From: an uncultured beta proteobacterium
GTDB taxonomy: Bacteria; Pseudomonadota; Gammaproteobacteria; Burkholderiales; Casimicrobiaceae
DNA length: 64,000 nt
Direction of reading: 5' to 3'
NCBI GenBank assembly: GCA_963763625.1
Contig: CAVXPH010000003.1
Coordinates: 327,615 to 391,614, forward strand
In this document: piece by piece, positions 1 to 10,410 of the stretch
How the letters are laid out: every line of letters begins with the position of its first letter
Position numbering within the stretch: position 1 is the first letter of the stretch
Notes under the pieces: generated by a model
What the model was told of the DNA's origin: nothing
Databases searched by the model: none
The model's input: the letters and a program-made list of their open reading frames with translations, nothing else
Position numbers and translations under genes: made by a program

Positions 1-2137
1 GACGCTTGCGGGCTTCGCTCAGGAGGTTCTGCAAAACCTGCGACAACTGGGCCGTGTCCGCACCGCCGCGGTTCTGCAGCACAAAAGTGAAACCGCCGGC
101 AGTGCTCAACCCGCGGATCGGTGGCGGGTTGAGGACGAGCACATTGGCGTCCTTGATCTGCGCGTTGAGGCGCCCCATCAGGGTGCCCACCAGGGCGCCC
201 GCAGATTCGCCTCGTGCCTTGCGTTGATCCCACGGCTTGAGCCGGATGAAGGCTGTTCCGTTGTAGGAGACCGACTGGCCGGTCAGCAGATTGAACCCGC
301 TGATGTAGACGACGCCGTCGATACCGGGGACCTCGCGTGCGATTCGGGTCACGGCCGACAGTGTGGCATTGGTGCGCTCCAGCGCTGCCGCCGGCGGGAG
401 GCTCACCAGCGCGATCAGGTAGCCCTGGTCCTCCGGCGGTACCAGGCCGGTCGGGCGCGTGGCCACCAATCCCCAGACGGCCACCAGCAATGCGCCGAAG
501 GTCAACATGACAATGACTGCATGACGCTCCATGACCGAAACGGTACTGACGTAGCCGTCGCGCGAGCGCTCGAACAGACGGTTGAATCGAGCGAAAAACC
601 AGGTGAGCGGTCCGTGTCGCGGGCGGCCGTCATCCGCGGGCTGGAGCAGCAGCGCGCACATGGCGGGAGTGAAGGTCAGCGCGCAGACCGCGGACAGCGT
701 CACCGACACGGCGAGGGTGAGGGCGAACTGCTTATAGAGCTGCCCCGTAAGCCCGCCGAGAAAAGCAACAGGCACGAATACCGCCGCCAGCACCAGGGCG
801 ATCGCGATCACCGGGCCGCCCACGTCGGCAATGGCCGACTTGGTCGCCTCCATCGGTGTCATGCCCCCGGCATCCAGGCGCTGCTGCACCGCCTCTACCA
901 CGACGATCGCATCGTCGACCACGATCCCGATGGCAAGCACCAGCCCGAACAGAGTGAGGGTGTTGATGGAAAATCCCAGCGCCGCGAACGCTCCAAAGGT
1001 ACCGATGAGCGAAATGGGTACGACCAGAATGGGGATCAGCGTCGCGCGCCAGCTCTGCAGGAACAGGAACACGACGAACACGACCAGAACGAAGGCTATG
1101 AGCAGCGTCTTGAGCACCTCTTTCAGAGATTCGGTGACGAACGGTGTCGTGCTGTAAGGAATGGTGTACACCATGCCCGGCGGAAAATGAGGTGCCTGAT
1201 CATCCATCACCTGCTGGCACTGCTTGGCCACGTCGAGCGCATTGGCATCTGGCTGCAGGAAGATTCCGATCAGCGCCGCCGGGATGTCGTCGTTGGCACC
1301 GCTGATCGAATAGTCCGCGGCAGCGAGTTCGACACGGGCCACGTCTTTGAGACGAACCACCTGTCCATTGCCGGCCTCCCGGATGACGATATTCTCGAAC
1401 TCAGCGGCCTCGACCAGACGACCCTTGACGAATACGGTGTATTGCATCTGCTGCCCCTGCGGGACCGGGGGCAAGCCGACGCTGCCGGCGGGCGCAATCT
1501 GGTTTTGCTCGCGGATGACGTTGGCGATGTCGGTGGCGGTGACGCCAAGGCGTGCCATGCGCTCTGGGTTGAGCCAGATGCGCATGCTGTAGTCGCGGGC
1601 GCCGAAAATGCGCACCTGCCCCACGCCCCGCACCCGGCCGAGCGCGTCATACAGGTTGAGCAGCGCATAATTGCTCAGAAAGATGCCGTCATAGCGGCCC
1701 TCCGGGGAGGTAAGCGCGATGACCTCGAGAAAGTCGGTACTGGTCTTGCGCACAGTTATGCCGTTGCGGATCACGTCCGAGGGAAGCTGGCTCTGCGCGA
1801 TGGCAACCCGGTTCTGAACTTCGACCGCATCGATGTTCTTGTCGGTGCCGATATCGAAGGTCACCGTCAGAGTGTAGGAGCCGTCGTTGCCGCTCTTCGA
1901 CTCCATATAGAGCATGTCCTGCGAGCCATTGACCTGCTGCTCGATGGGGGCGGCCACCGACTGCGCCACCACGTCCGCGTTGGCGCCGGGGAAGGATGTG
2001 GACACGGAGACCTGGGGTGGAACCACCTGCGGATACTGGGCAATCGGAAGACCGAGAATGGAAAGCCCCCCGATCAGGATCATGATCAGCGCGATAACCG
2101 TGGAGAAGACCGGGCGCTCGATGAAGTAGTTGAACAC
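1..2137 (-). CDS. RND (AcrB/MexB, HAE1-type) efflux permease, partial: 3' end runs off the window start, N-terminal ~712 aa present
   Basis: Absent from the ORF track because it has no stop in the window. My reverse-complement translation from GTG 2137-2135 reads VFNYFIERPVFSTVIALIMILIGGLSILGLPIAQYPQVVPPQVSVSTSFPGA, a canonical AcrB N-terminus. I hand-checked this first stretch only and read the rest by eye as open to position 1. The 642-aa plus ORF 224..2152 is its Arg/His/Asp-rich antisense shadow. It lies 68 nt downstream of the adaptor gene. Confidence 0.9.
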   Translation of the reverse strand, partial: MFNYFIERPVFSTVIALIMILIGGLSILGLPIAQYPQVVPPQVSVSTSFPGANADVVAQSVAAPIEQQVNGSQDMLYMESKSGNDGSYTLTVTFDIGTDKNIDAVEVQNRVAIAQSQLPSDVIRNGITVRKTSTDFLEVIALTSPEGRYDGIFLSNYALLNLYDALGRVRGVGQVRIFGARDYSMRIWLNPERMARLGVTATDIANVIREQNQIAPAGSVGLPPVPQGQQMQYTVFVKGRLVEAAEFENIVIREAGNGQVVRLKDVARVELAAADYSISGANDDIPAALIGIFLQPDANALDVAKQCQQVMDDQAPHFPPGMVYTIPYSTTPFVTESLKEVLKTLLIAFVLVVFVVFLFLQSWRATLIPILVVPISLIGTFGAFAALGFSINTLTLFGLVLAIGIVVDDAIVVVEAVQQRLDAGGMTPMEATKSAIADVGGPVIAIALVLAAVFVPVAFLGGLTGQLYKQFALTLAVSVTLSAVCALTFTPAMCALLLQPADDGRPRHGPLTWFFARFNRLFERSRDGYVSTVSVMERHAVIVMLTFGALLVAVWGLVATRPTGLVPPEDQGYLIALVSLPPAAALERTNATLSAVTRIAREVPGIDGVVYISGFNLLTGQSVSYNGTAFIRLKPWDQRKARGESAGALVGTLMGRLNAQIKDANVLVLNPPPIRGLSTAGGFTFVLQNRGGADTAQLSQVLQNLLSEARKR

Positions 2138-2205
2138 AGTGGCCTTTGCTGATTACCTGACTCGGTAGGCAAGCGGCAGCATTCGCGACCACGCGCCTGC
2201 TTTGC

Positions 2206-3396
2206 CTATGTTTTGGGAGCTGCAGGCGCAGGGCTCGCAACGCCGGGACTGGAAGCAGCTTTTGTCACAAGCGGCTTAACCTGGGCGCCCGGACGGATCT
2301 TGCCGATGCCTTCAACCACGACCCGGTCTCCGGCGGCGAGGCCACTGTCGACTACCCAATCATTGTCGAGGCGATAGCTCGCAACGATTTGCCGCGGCTC
2401 GACCTTGTCGCCGGCGGTGACGACGTATACTGACTTCAGTCCCTGCAGTTCCGTCACCGCCTTTTGCGGGATGCGGATCGCGCTCGGATTGTCGAACGCG
2501 GCGACGGTGACACGCACGAACAGTCCTGGGCGCAAAATGCGCTCGGGATTGGGCACCGAGACGCGCACCTGCAGCGTTCCGCTCTTCTGGTCGATCGCGG
2601 CATCAACGAAGTTGAGCTTTCCGGCAAGTTTGTAGTCGGTCCCGTCGGCGAGCCGGATATGAAATGGCGGGGCCAGATCGGTCCGCTCTCCCGGCGGACG
2701 CTTCAGTTTCTTTTGTAACTCCAGCAGTTTGTCTTCGCTCAGGCTGAAGTACACCCACATCGGGTCGCTGGAATAGAGCGTGGTAAGCAGTGTCTGCTGG
2801 GCGGTAATCAGCGCCCCGGGCTTGACCAGCGAGCTGCTGATGAAGCCGTCCCGCGGCGCGCGGATCGTGGCGAACTCGAGGTTGAGCGCCGCGTTGCGCA
2901 CCAGAGCCTTCTGGGCTTCCACCAATGCCGTCCCTGCGTGTTCCTGCGCTACCGCCGTGTCATAGTCCTGTTGACTGACCGCCTTCTGCGCGATCAGGCG
3001 TGAATTGCGCGCCAGATTCTGCTGGGCATTGACCAGATTCGCCTCGGACTGGGCCAGGCTTGCCTTGGCCTGGGCAAGTTGCGCCTCGAAGGGCCGTTGA
3101 TCGATGACGTAGAGCAAGTCTGCTTTCTTGATCCTTGCGCCGTCCACAAAATCCTGGGACTGAAGCAGTCCCGTAACCTGGGAGCGGATTTCGATGGTGT
3201 CCGGCGCCTGGGTCTGCGCCACATACTCATCGTAGACGGTGACCGGAGCGGGCCTCACCTCGATCACGGATACCTCGGGCGGCGGAGGCGGGGGTGGTGG
3301 ATCGCTCTTGCAGCCGCCGATGGCGATCGACACAATGGCCAGGGCGAGTGCCCATCGCGCAACCAATCCGAGCCGGTACGAGCCTGTCATGGCCAT
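2206..3396 (-). CDS. RND efflux membrane-fusion (periplasmic adaptor) lipoprotein, AcrA/MexA family
   Basis: ORF 2206..3720 trimmed to ATG 3396. MAMTGSYRLGLVARWALALAIVSIAIGGC is a signal peptide plus lipobox Cys. The body is HlyD-like with a coiled coil (QAKASLAQSEANLVNAQQNLARN). It sits directly upstream of the RND permease. The longer start would overlap the MFS gene. Confidence 0.88.
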   Translation of the reverse strand: MAMTGSYRLGLVARWALALAIVSIAIGGCKSDPPPPPPPPEVSVIEVRPAPVTVYDEYVAQTQAPDTIEIRSQVTGLLQSQDFVDGARIKKADLLYVIDQRPFEAQLAQAKASLAQSEANLVNAQQNLARNSRLIAQKAVSQQDYDTAVAQEHAGTALVEAQKALVRNAALNLEFATIRAPRDGFISSSLVKPGALITAQQTLLTTLYSSDPMWVYFSLSEDKLLELQKKLKRPPGERTDLAPPFHIRLADGTDYKLAGKLNFVDAAIDQKSGTLQVRVSVPNPERILRPGLFVRVTVAAFDNPSAIRIPQKAVTELQGLKSVYVVTAGDKVEPRQIVASYRLDNDWVVDSGLAAGDRVVVEGIGKIRPGAQVKPLVTKAASSPGVASPAPAAPKT

Positions 3397-3626
3397 CTGT
3401 CCCTTCGAAGACGCCGCGAAACACACCGGTCGTTGTCTTCGTGACCGCAGTTTCGTCCGCATCAATAACTCGTGTGTGTCCGTGACGGAGCGCATCATGT
3501 CAACGGACACGGATTGGAACCTCTCTTGGCCCAATCGGAAATAACCCTGCGGACCTCGTGGCGCCCCCGCTGCCATCCATGCGGGCCAGACACGCTGCGA
3601 GAAGGGTCTTTCGCCTAGCCGCAACC

Positions 3627-4874
3627 TCATCGGGCCAAGGATAGCGGAGTAACTCGAACCTCGCGGATAGGAAGATTGACGATCGCGGCGGCGCCCGCCA
3701 GGGCCATGTCGGCGTACCACATCCAGAGGTAGTTGCCCGATTGGGCAAGCGCGATCCCGCCAAGATATGCGCCAAGAAAACCACCGATCTGATGCGAAAG
3801 CAGCGTTAGGCCGAACAGCGTGGACAGGTATCGGATGCCGAAAAACTTGGCCACGAGGGCGGCGGTCGGTGGCACCGTGGCCAGCCAGGTGAGACCCAGA
3901 CCTACGGCAAACACATAAAACGTCCCCGCGGTTTTCGGAGCCAGCAGGTACCAGCCGATCAGCAGTGCGCGTGAGCCGTACATCAAGGCGAGGATGTACT
4001 TACTGCGGAAGCGCTGGGTGGCGGAGCCGACAATCAGGCTCCCCGCGATGTTGGCGAGCCCGATCAGAGCCAGCGACCAGCTCGCCACTGCCGGCGGCAG
4101 CCCGCAGAGGTTCACCTCGCCTGGCAGATGCGTCACCAGGAACGCGATATGGAATCCGCAGGTGAAGAAGCCGGCGTGCAGCAACAGGTAGCTGCGATCG
4201 CCCATCGCATCCTGCACCGCCCGCCAGGGGGTAGATCCGGTGGTTCCACTGCGGCGCAGCGGTGCGGCCGGACCCACCACACGAACGAGGGGCAGCGCCG
4301 TGAGCGCGACTACCGCAAGCGACCACATGGCGCCCATCCATCCGAGCGTCTGGATTAGCGCTTGCGCGACCGGCGCGAAGACGAATTGTCCGAACGATCC
4401 ACCCGCGTTGATGATGCCGGCCGACTTGCCGCGCTTGTCGGTCGTGAGGTGTTGCGCGGCGGCGCCGATCAGCACAGAAAAGCTGCCGGCGCCGGCGCCG
4501 ATCGCGGTCAGCAGCCCGATCGAGAAAATCAGACCGAGCGCAGAGGTCATGAAAGGCGTCAAAGCCGTACCGACGGCAAGGATAACAAGTCCCGCGACAA
4601 GAATCCTTGCGGGGCCGTAGCGATCCGCCAGCGCCCCGGCCACCGGCTGGATGACACCCCACATCAGCTGCGCGACGGCGAGCGCAAGGCTGATCGTGGT
4701 GATGCCGAGCCCGGTCGAGCTGTTGAGCGGAGAGACGAAAAGCCCAAGCGTTTGCCGGGCACCCATCGTCACCATGAGGATCCCCGCAGCCGCCAGGGTG
4801 ACGAGCCACGGATTGCGTCCGGCGCCGTTCGCCATAGTCGCGCGCGCTGCTAGGCGACCGACTAAGGCCGCCAC
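3627..4874 (-). CDS. MFS transporter
   Basis: 415-aa ORF with a polytopic hydrophobic profile and an MFS motif-A-like GALADRYGPARIL after TM2. The start (GTG 4874 or ATG 4835) is uncertain. Confidence 0.8.
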   Translation of the reverse strand: MAALVGRLAARATMANGAGRNPWLVTLAAAGILMVTMGARQTLGLFVSPLNSSTGLGITTISLALAVAQLMWGVIQPVAGALADRYGPARILVAGLVILAVGTALTPFMTSALGLIFSIGLLTAIGAGAGSFSVLIGAAAQHLTTDKRGKSAGIINAGGSFGQFVFAPVAQALIQTLGWMGAMWSLAVVALTALPLVRVVGPAAPLRRSGTTGSTPWRAVQDAMGDRSYLLLHAGFFTCGFHIAFLVTHLPGEVNLCGLPPAVASWSLALIGLANIAGSLIVGSATQRFRSKYILALMYGSRALLIGWYLLAPKTAGTFYVFAVGLGLTWLATVPPTAALVAKFFGIRYLSTLFGLTLLSHQIGGFLGAYLGGIALAQSGNYLWMWYADMALAGAAAIVNLPIREVRVTPLSLAR

Positions 4875-4988
4875 TTCCTATGTTTCGAGCGCGATTCGCT
4901 ATCGTTACAGCAACGTCGAGTTAGGCTCAACGCAGCGGCACGAATGGCGTCGGTCACTTGAAGCTGCTTCGACACACTTCGCGCCTGT

Positions 4989-5723
4989 CTAGCGCACCGT
5001 CTCGACCGTTGCCGTAAAGACGTAACCGACACCGCGCTCGGTGCGGATCAGCTTCGCTTGCCCATCCTCGGGCGCGATCTTCTTCCGCAGGCGGCCAACT
5101 TGAACGTCGATCGAACGGTCGTAGACTTCATCATTGTGCAGACGCGACGCATTGAGCAAATGCTCTCGCGAGAGCACGCGCTGAGGCGCGGCGAGAAACG
5201 CCACCAGGAGATTGAACTCGCTGTTGGTGATCGGAATTGTCTGTCCCTGACGCGAGATGAGCCGCCGCAGCCGGACGTTCAACTCCCAGCCGGCGAAGCG
5301 ATAGCCCCGGATCCTGGCGAGGCTGTCCGCCACCGTTTCGTGGGTCCGCGACCGTCGAAGCAGCGCACGGATCCGGGCGAGAAGCTCGCGCGGCGAGAAA
5401 GGCTTCGTTAGATAATCGTCCGCCCCGAGCTCCAGGCCCATCACGCGGTCGGCTTCTTCCTTGCGACCGGTCAGCATGATGATCGGAACGTCCGAATCGA
5501 CACGCAGCGCTCGGGCGATCTGCATCCCATCCTCACCCGGTAGCTTCAGGTCGAGGATGAGCAGGTCGACCGTGTTGCGCTCCATGACGTCCCTGATGGC
5601 TTGCCCGCCGGGCAAGGTGCTGACCCTCATGTCGTTGTCGCCGAGATAGTCGGCAATCATCTGCCGCACCGACGGGTCGTCGTCGATCACCAGGACGTGA
5701 ATGGGCGCAGGCGTGACTCCCAT
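4989..5723 (-). CDS. OmpR/PhoB-family response regulator (receiver + winged helix)
   Basis: Receiver motifs HVLVIDDD, LLILDLKLPGEDG, PIIMLTG, DDYLTKPF. C-terminal winged helix ends RTERGVGYVF. ORF 4989..5792 trimmed to Met24; Met1 or Met10 remain possible starts. Confidence 0.88.
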   Translation of the reverse strand: MGVTPAPIHVLVIDDDPSVRQMIADYLGDNDMRVSTLPGGQAIRDVMERNTVDLLILDLKLPGEDGMQIARALRVDSDVPIIMLTGRKEEADRVMGLELGADDYLTKPFSPRELLARIRALLRRSRTHETVADSLARIRGYRFAGWELNVRLRRLISRQGQTIPITNSEFNLLVAFLAAPQRVLSREHLLNASRLHNDEVYDRSIDVQVGRLRKKIAPEDGQAKLIRTERGVGYVFTATVETVR

Positions 5724-5942
5724 CGCGAGGCTTTTCTGCACGGGCTCGATAGCTCTAGTCAGCATTGTGCCTCGACATTGGCCCGATGGCACGACCGGAA
5801 TTTGTCACGCTGGGCCGGCAAGTGTGTCAGATGTCATCTGGCGAGCCGGCCGCAGGCATATTGCGGAACCGCAACGCGGATCGAATGATCGCTGGGCAAT
5901 CACCGGTCGCGGGTCAAGCCTCCGCATGCCACAAGGAAAGTC

Positions 5943-6305
5943 GTGAGCTCGAAGGGCTGCATTGTAATCGTCGAACCGGACGACCTTATTCGGGAGCTGC
6001 TCGAGCGCTGGCTCGGCGAAGCGGGCTATGGAGTCGTCGTCTCGGTAAAAGACCATGGAAAAGACGTGGTCAAGCCGCAGCTCGTAATCGCGGACATTTC
6101 CGACCCAAGTTGCGCGGGAACCACCATTGCACCTCTTGAAGCGGCGTATTCTGCGCCTATTCTGGCGTTGTCCGCTCGTTTTCGGCGAGGGCTGGGTGGG
6201 TCCATCGAAGCGGCCCATCGGTTGCATGTGGGAAAGGTTCTGCCCAAGCCGTTCACGCGCGAAGAATTGCTTGCTGCGGTCGGCGAAGCGATCGAGGACC
6301 CCTGA
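5943..6305 (+). CDS. single-domain response regulator (CheY-like receiver)
   Basis: 120 aa. It has the acidic pocket (VIVEPDD), the phospho-acceptor (LVIADISDP), the Ser position (ILALSAR) and the Lys-Pro position (LPKPF). It is divergent from the OmpR-type gene and directly upstream of the hybrid kinase. Confidence 0.7.
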   Translation: MSSKGCIVIVEPDDLIRELLERWLGEAGYGVVVSVKDHGKDVVKPQLVIADISDPSCAGTTIAPLEAAYSAPILALSARFRRGLGGSIEAAHRLHVGKVLPKPFTREELLAAVGEAIEDP

Positions 6306-6373
6306 TGCGTGTGCCGCACGAGGATCACTCCGCTTGACTGCTTGCTCTAAAACACGCAATAACGGAACAGGCC

Positions 6374-9300
6374 ATGAGCGATCCAATTCGATTGGCTATC
6401 GATACCATCCCGGGGCTGGTATGGAGCAGTTTGCCGGACGGCAACATCGATTTTCTGAACCAGCGCTGGCTCGAATACACGGGACTCCCCCTTGCACTGG
6501 CGACCGGTTCGGGTTGGCAGGTTGCCGTTTTTCCGGACGATCTCCCTGGACTCCTGGGTATCTGGCGAAAGGTGTTGGCATCCGGCGCACCCGGGGAAGC
6601 CGAGGCGCGACTGCGCCGACACGACGGTGTGTTCCGCTGGTTCCTTTTTCGCGCCGAGCCTCTGTACGACATCGCCGGCAATCTGGTCATGTGGTACGGG
6701 CAGAGCACCGACATAGAAGATCGCAAGCAGGCCGAAGCGCTGCTCGCCGGTGAGAATTGCCTGCTCGAGATGATCGCCAAGGGCAGTCCGCTTGGTGCGA
6801 CGCTGGGTGCGCTTTGTCGCCTCGCCGAAGAGGATTGCCGCAAATCCTTGGCGTCAATCTTGCTGTTGGATTCCAGGGGAGATCACGTCCTGCACGGCGC
6901 AGCGCCCAGTCTCCCGGACAGCTACACCAGGGAGATCGACGGCAGACCAATTGGACTCGCATTCGGTCCGTGCGGAACCGCCGCGCGCTCGGGGGCGCAA
7001 GTCGTGGCGGTCGACATTGCTTCGGACACCCGGTGGACCGCCGAATATCGCGCGCTCGCATTGGCGCACGGTCTGGCCGCGTGCTGGTCTACGCCGATCA
7101 CCTCGTCCGAGGGAAAGGTCCTGGGCACGTTCGCCATTTATTCCCGCGAACCCGGTCCTCCCACGCCGGAACAGCAAGGCAGTATCGGACAATTTACCTA
7201 TCTGGCAAGCATTGCTATCGAGCGCGCACGGTCGATGGACGCCTTGCGCCGCTCGGAAGAGCGGTTTGCGCTCGCCGTGGGCGGATCGACCGACGGTATC
7301 TGGGACTGGGATCTGCTGACCGGCGAAATGTTTCTCTCCGAGCAAGCGCAGATCCTGCACGGACTCACGCCCGGACCAACGGTGCGCACGCGGGCGGAAT
7401 GGCGCGCCCTGTGGAAAGTCCACCCGGACGATGCACAAACGCGGACCGAGGCCATCGACGACTATATCGCCGGGCGAACCACATCGTACGACGGCGAGTG
7501 GCGCGTGCAGCGATCCGACGGGAGTTATCGGTGGGTGCGAACGCGCGGCGTTTGCGTGCGTGACGAGACGGGGCGCGCTACCCGAATCTCCGGTTCAATC
7601 AGCGATATCGATGCGCGCAAGCGCGCCGAAGCTGCGCTGCAGGCCTCGGAACAGCGCTACGCGCGCGCCATGGAAGCCTCCGGCGAGGGCTACTGGGATT
7701 GGAACATTCTCACCGACGAGTACTACGCGTCGCCACGGATGCTGGACCTCCTCGGGTTTCCGCCCGGGACCACGTTTGCCAGCCGGTCGGACTTCGTGGC
7801 CCGGTTTCCGCTTCATCCTGAGGATCGCCCGAAATGGCAGGAAGCCGTTGCGGCGCGTTTCGCCGGGAAAACAGCAGGGGACGGACTCGAGATACGCATC
7901 CTCCGTGGCGGCGAAACGCGTTGGATTCTTCTCACGGGCCTGTTGTGGAGCGACCCTTCGGGGAAGCCGTTGCGCTGGACTGGTTCGGTCGCTGACATTA
8001 CGACGCGCAAGCGCGCTGAGGAGGCGCTAAGGCTTTCGGAACACCGCTATGCGCTTGCCATGGAGGCCACCGGAGACGGCCATTGGTACTGGAATATTCC
8101 GGTCGACAAGATCTACGTCTCTCCCTTGTTGCTCGAGATGTGCGGGTTGCCAACCGACTTGACCTTTGCCAGCCGCGCCGAATGGGTCGACCGCTTTCCG
8201 TTCTATCCTGGTGAACGTCCGAGGTACGAGCAAGCCGTTGCGGAGCATTTCGCCGGCAAGACGCTTCGGCTCGATGTGGAGATTCGCATCGCTCCACGCG
8301 GAGAAACGCGCTGGATTCACATGACCGGTCGTTGCTCGCGCGACGCTTCAGGTACACCGATCCGCTGGGCCGGTTCGGTTACCGACGTCACCGCGCGCAA
8401 GCGCGTCGACGAGGAACTACGGGCGCGGCAGGAGATGCTCGATCTGGCGCAGAACGCCGCGCGCGCAGTGGCGTTCGAGTGGCGGATGGGTGCCGGCGAT
8501 GGCGAAAATCGCTGGTCGCCCGACCTTGAAGCGATGTACGGGATCCCACCCGGGTCCTACGACGGCACCTACGAATCCTGGCAAAAACTCGTGTATCCGG
8601 ATGACTGGCCGAAGGTCCGCGCGTTGATCGAAGCCGCGCAGGAGTCGGGCGATATCGCCGCGGAATACCGGATCAAGCCCAAAGGCGGAGCGATTCGCTG
8701 GTTGCAGGCGAAAGGACGCATGTTGTTCGACCACGATGGCAAGCCTACGCGCGTGGTCGGATTCATGCTCGATGTGACCGATCGCCATCTTGCCGAGGAA
8801 GGGTTGCAGCGGATGGAGCACCTGCTGCGCCAGGCTCAGCGTCTCGAAGCGATGGGAACGCTCGCCGGTGGCATCGCGCATGACTTTAACAATCTACTCG
8901 GCGCCATCCTTGGCTACGGGGAGATGGCGCTGCGAGACGTCCCCGCAGGTAGCCGGCTGCGTCGCGACCTGGAAAGCATCATGATTGCGGGGGAGCGCGG
9001 ACGGGCGCTGGTGGATCGAATTCTCGCGTTCAGCCGAAGCGGGGTCGGTGAGCGGCTCGCGGTGCACGTGGAGGAGGTCGTGCGCGAGACCCTGGAGCTG
9101 CTAACTTCAAAACTGCCGCACGGAATCACCGTCGAGGACCGGTTGCGCGCCGGAGGGGCAGCCGTTATGGGTGACGCAACGCAGATCCATCAAGTGGTAA
9201 TGAATTTGGTCTCCAATGCCATTCAGGCCATGCCTGCGGGCGGTAGGGTGCACGTGTCGGTTGCCCGTGTCAGCAACGATGTGCCACACGCAGTCACGAG

Positions 9301-10072
9301 CGGTATCGTGGACGCAAGGGATTACGTGGTGCTGGAGGTCGCCGATACGGGAAGCGGCATTCCGCCGGAGATCTTCGAAAAGATCTTCGATCCTTTTTTC
9401 ACGACCAAGGAAGTCGGCGTTGGCACCGGACTCGGGCTGTCGCTGGTGCACGGTATCGTGACCGGCCTAGGCGGTGTGATCAACGTCGAGACGGCGGTTG
9501 GCAAGGGAAGCGTCTTCACCGTGTATCTGCCCCGCGCCGGAGATGTCAGCAACGTGGGCAAACCCAGGTCGCGCGCGCAGCCCAAGACGCGGCGCGGCAA
9601 TCGGCAGCGGGTTCTGGTGCTCGACGACGAGGAGTCGCTCGTCAGGCTTGTGACGGAGACGCTAGCTGATCTGGGGTATGCGCCGGTCGGCTTTACGACC
9701 AGCGCCGCGGCGCTTGACGCCTTCCTCGCTGACCCGCAGCAGTTCGATGCGGTTGTCACCGACGAAAGCATGCCAGGCATGTCAGGATCGGAACTGATTC
9801 TCAAGTTACGGCAGATCCGGCCCAAGATCCCGATCTTGCTGGTGAGCGGATATCTCGGCACCGCGGTTGTGCGGCGGGCCCGGGAAGCGGGTGCCGACGA
9901 GGTTCTGAGAAAGCCCCTCTCCGCGCGCCAGCTCGCGACGAGCCTCGACCGCGTATTGCAAGGGACAAAACTGCAGGGTTCACGCCGTTCGGCATTGACA
10001 GGGTCAGTGGCCGGCGGAGGACGGCGCGCGCGGGCTGCGTCGTCGGCCCCAAGGCCCGCAGTGCGACGATGA
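6374..10072 (+). CDS. hybrid sensor histidine kinase: PAS, GAF, four more PAS/PAC modules, HisKA, HATPase and a C-terminal receiver
   Basis: 1232 aa. Repeated PAS/PAC signatures (W..D...G.....W.G...DIT.RK.AE.AL). H-box GGIAHDFNNLL. N, G1 and G2 boxes NLVSNAIQAM, DTGSGI, GTGLGLS. Receiver motifs VLVLDDEESL, VVTDESMPGMSG, LLVSGY, LRKPL. Confidence 0.92.
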   Translation: MSDPIRLAIDTIPGLVWSSLPDGNIDFLNQRWLEYTGLPLALATGSGWQVAVFPDDLPGLLGIWRKVLASGAPGEAEARLRRHDGVFRWFLFRAEPLYDIAGNLVMWYGQSTDIEDRKQAEALLAGENCLLEMIAKGSPLGATLGALCRLAEEDCRKSLASILLLDSRGDHVLHGAAPSLPDSYTREIDGRPIGLAFGPCGTAARSGAQVVAVDIASDTRWTAEYRALALAHGLAACWSTPITSSEGKVLGTFAIYSREPGPPTPEQQGSIGQFTYLASIAIERARSMDALRRSEERFALAVGGSTDGIWDWDLLTGEMFLSEQAQILHGLTPGPTVRTRAEWRALWKVHPDDAQTRTEAIDDYIAGRTTSYDGEWRVQRSDGSYRWVRTRGVCVRDETGRATRISGSISDIDARKRAEAALQASEQRYARAMEASGEGYWDWNILTDEYYASPRMLDLLGFPPGTTFASRSDFVARFPLHPEDRPKWQEAVAARFAGKTAGDGLEIRILRGGETRWILLTGLLWSDPSGKPLRWTGSVADITTRKRAEEALRLSEHRYALAMEATGDGHWYWNIPVDKIYVSPLLLEMCGLPTDLTFASRAEWVDRFPFYPGERPRYEQAVAEHFAGKTLRLDVEIRIAPRGETRWIHMTGRCSRDASGTPIRWAGSVTDVTARKRVDEELRARQEMLDLAQNAARAVAFEWRMGAGDGENRWSPDLEAMYGIPPGSYDGTYESWQKLVYPDDWPKVRALIEAAQESGDIAAEYRIKPKGGAIRWLQAKGRMLFDHDGKPTRVVGFMLDVTDRHLAEEGLQRMEHLLRQAQRLEAMGTLAGGIAHDFNNLLGAILGYGEMALRDVPAGSRLRRDLESIMIAGERGRALVDRILAFSRSGVGERLAVHVEEVVRETLELLTSKLPHGITVEDRLRAGGAAVMGDATQIHQVVMNLVSNAIQAMPAGGRVHVSVARVSNDVPHAVTSGIVDARDYVVLEVADTGSGIPPEIFEKIFDPFFTTKEVGVGTGLGLSLVHGIVTGLGGVINVETAVGKGSVFTVYLPRAGDVSNVGKPRSRAQPKTRRGNRQRVLVLDDEESLVRLVTETLADLGYAPVGFTTSAAALDAFLADPQQFDAVVTDESMPGMSGSELILKLRQIRPKIPILLVSGYLGTAVVRRAREAGADEVLRKPLSARQLATSLDRVLQGTKLQGSRRSALTGSVAGGGRRARAASSAPRPAVRR

Positions 10073-10410
10073 GCGGGAGCTCCTCGGGTGTGACTTGATC
10101 GCCGGCGCATGGCGGGTATTGCATACGCAATTGTTTTCCGACACCTGACACAAAACCCGAGTGCCCGGACACAAGGGGGATGCGCACCCACCGGACACTC
10201 GTTTACTCGACCACGGAAGACGGGAGCGCATAGGCCAGCTCAACGCGGAGCTGCTCGCGCTCAGGCAGGGGTGAGAAAACGTTCTCAAGCCGCGGTGCAG
10301 GCGAAGATAATGGACGGAAAATGCCGCGGGGTGGCCGCGATCAATAACCCTGCAGGGGTATTGCCGCAACATCCTCGTTCCGACATGAGGTCTTCGAAAG
10401 GAGATTTGCC

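Noticed and set aside
224-2152. 642-aa plus-strand ORF, the longest ORF in the first 2 kb
   Set aside because: Its composition is extreme (R/H/D/G/Q-rich) with no recognisable domain. The opposite strand encodes an unmistakable AcrB-type permease through the whole interval. It is an antisense artefact of high GC.
3397-3720. N-terminal 108-aa extension of the adaptor-protein ORF
   Set aside because: The extension overlaps the 3' end of the MFS gene and lacks any signal sequence. An internal ATG gives a perfect lipoprotein signal.
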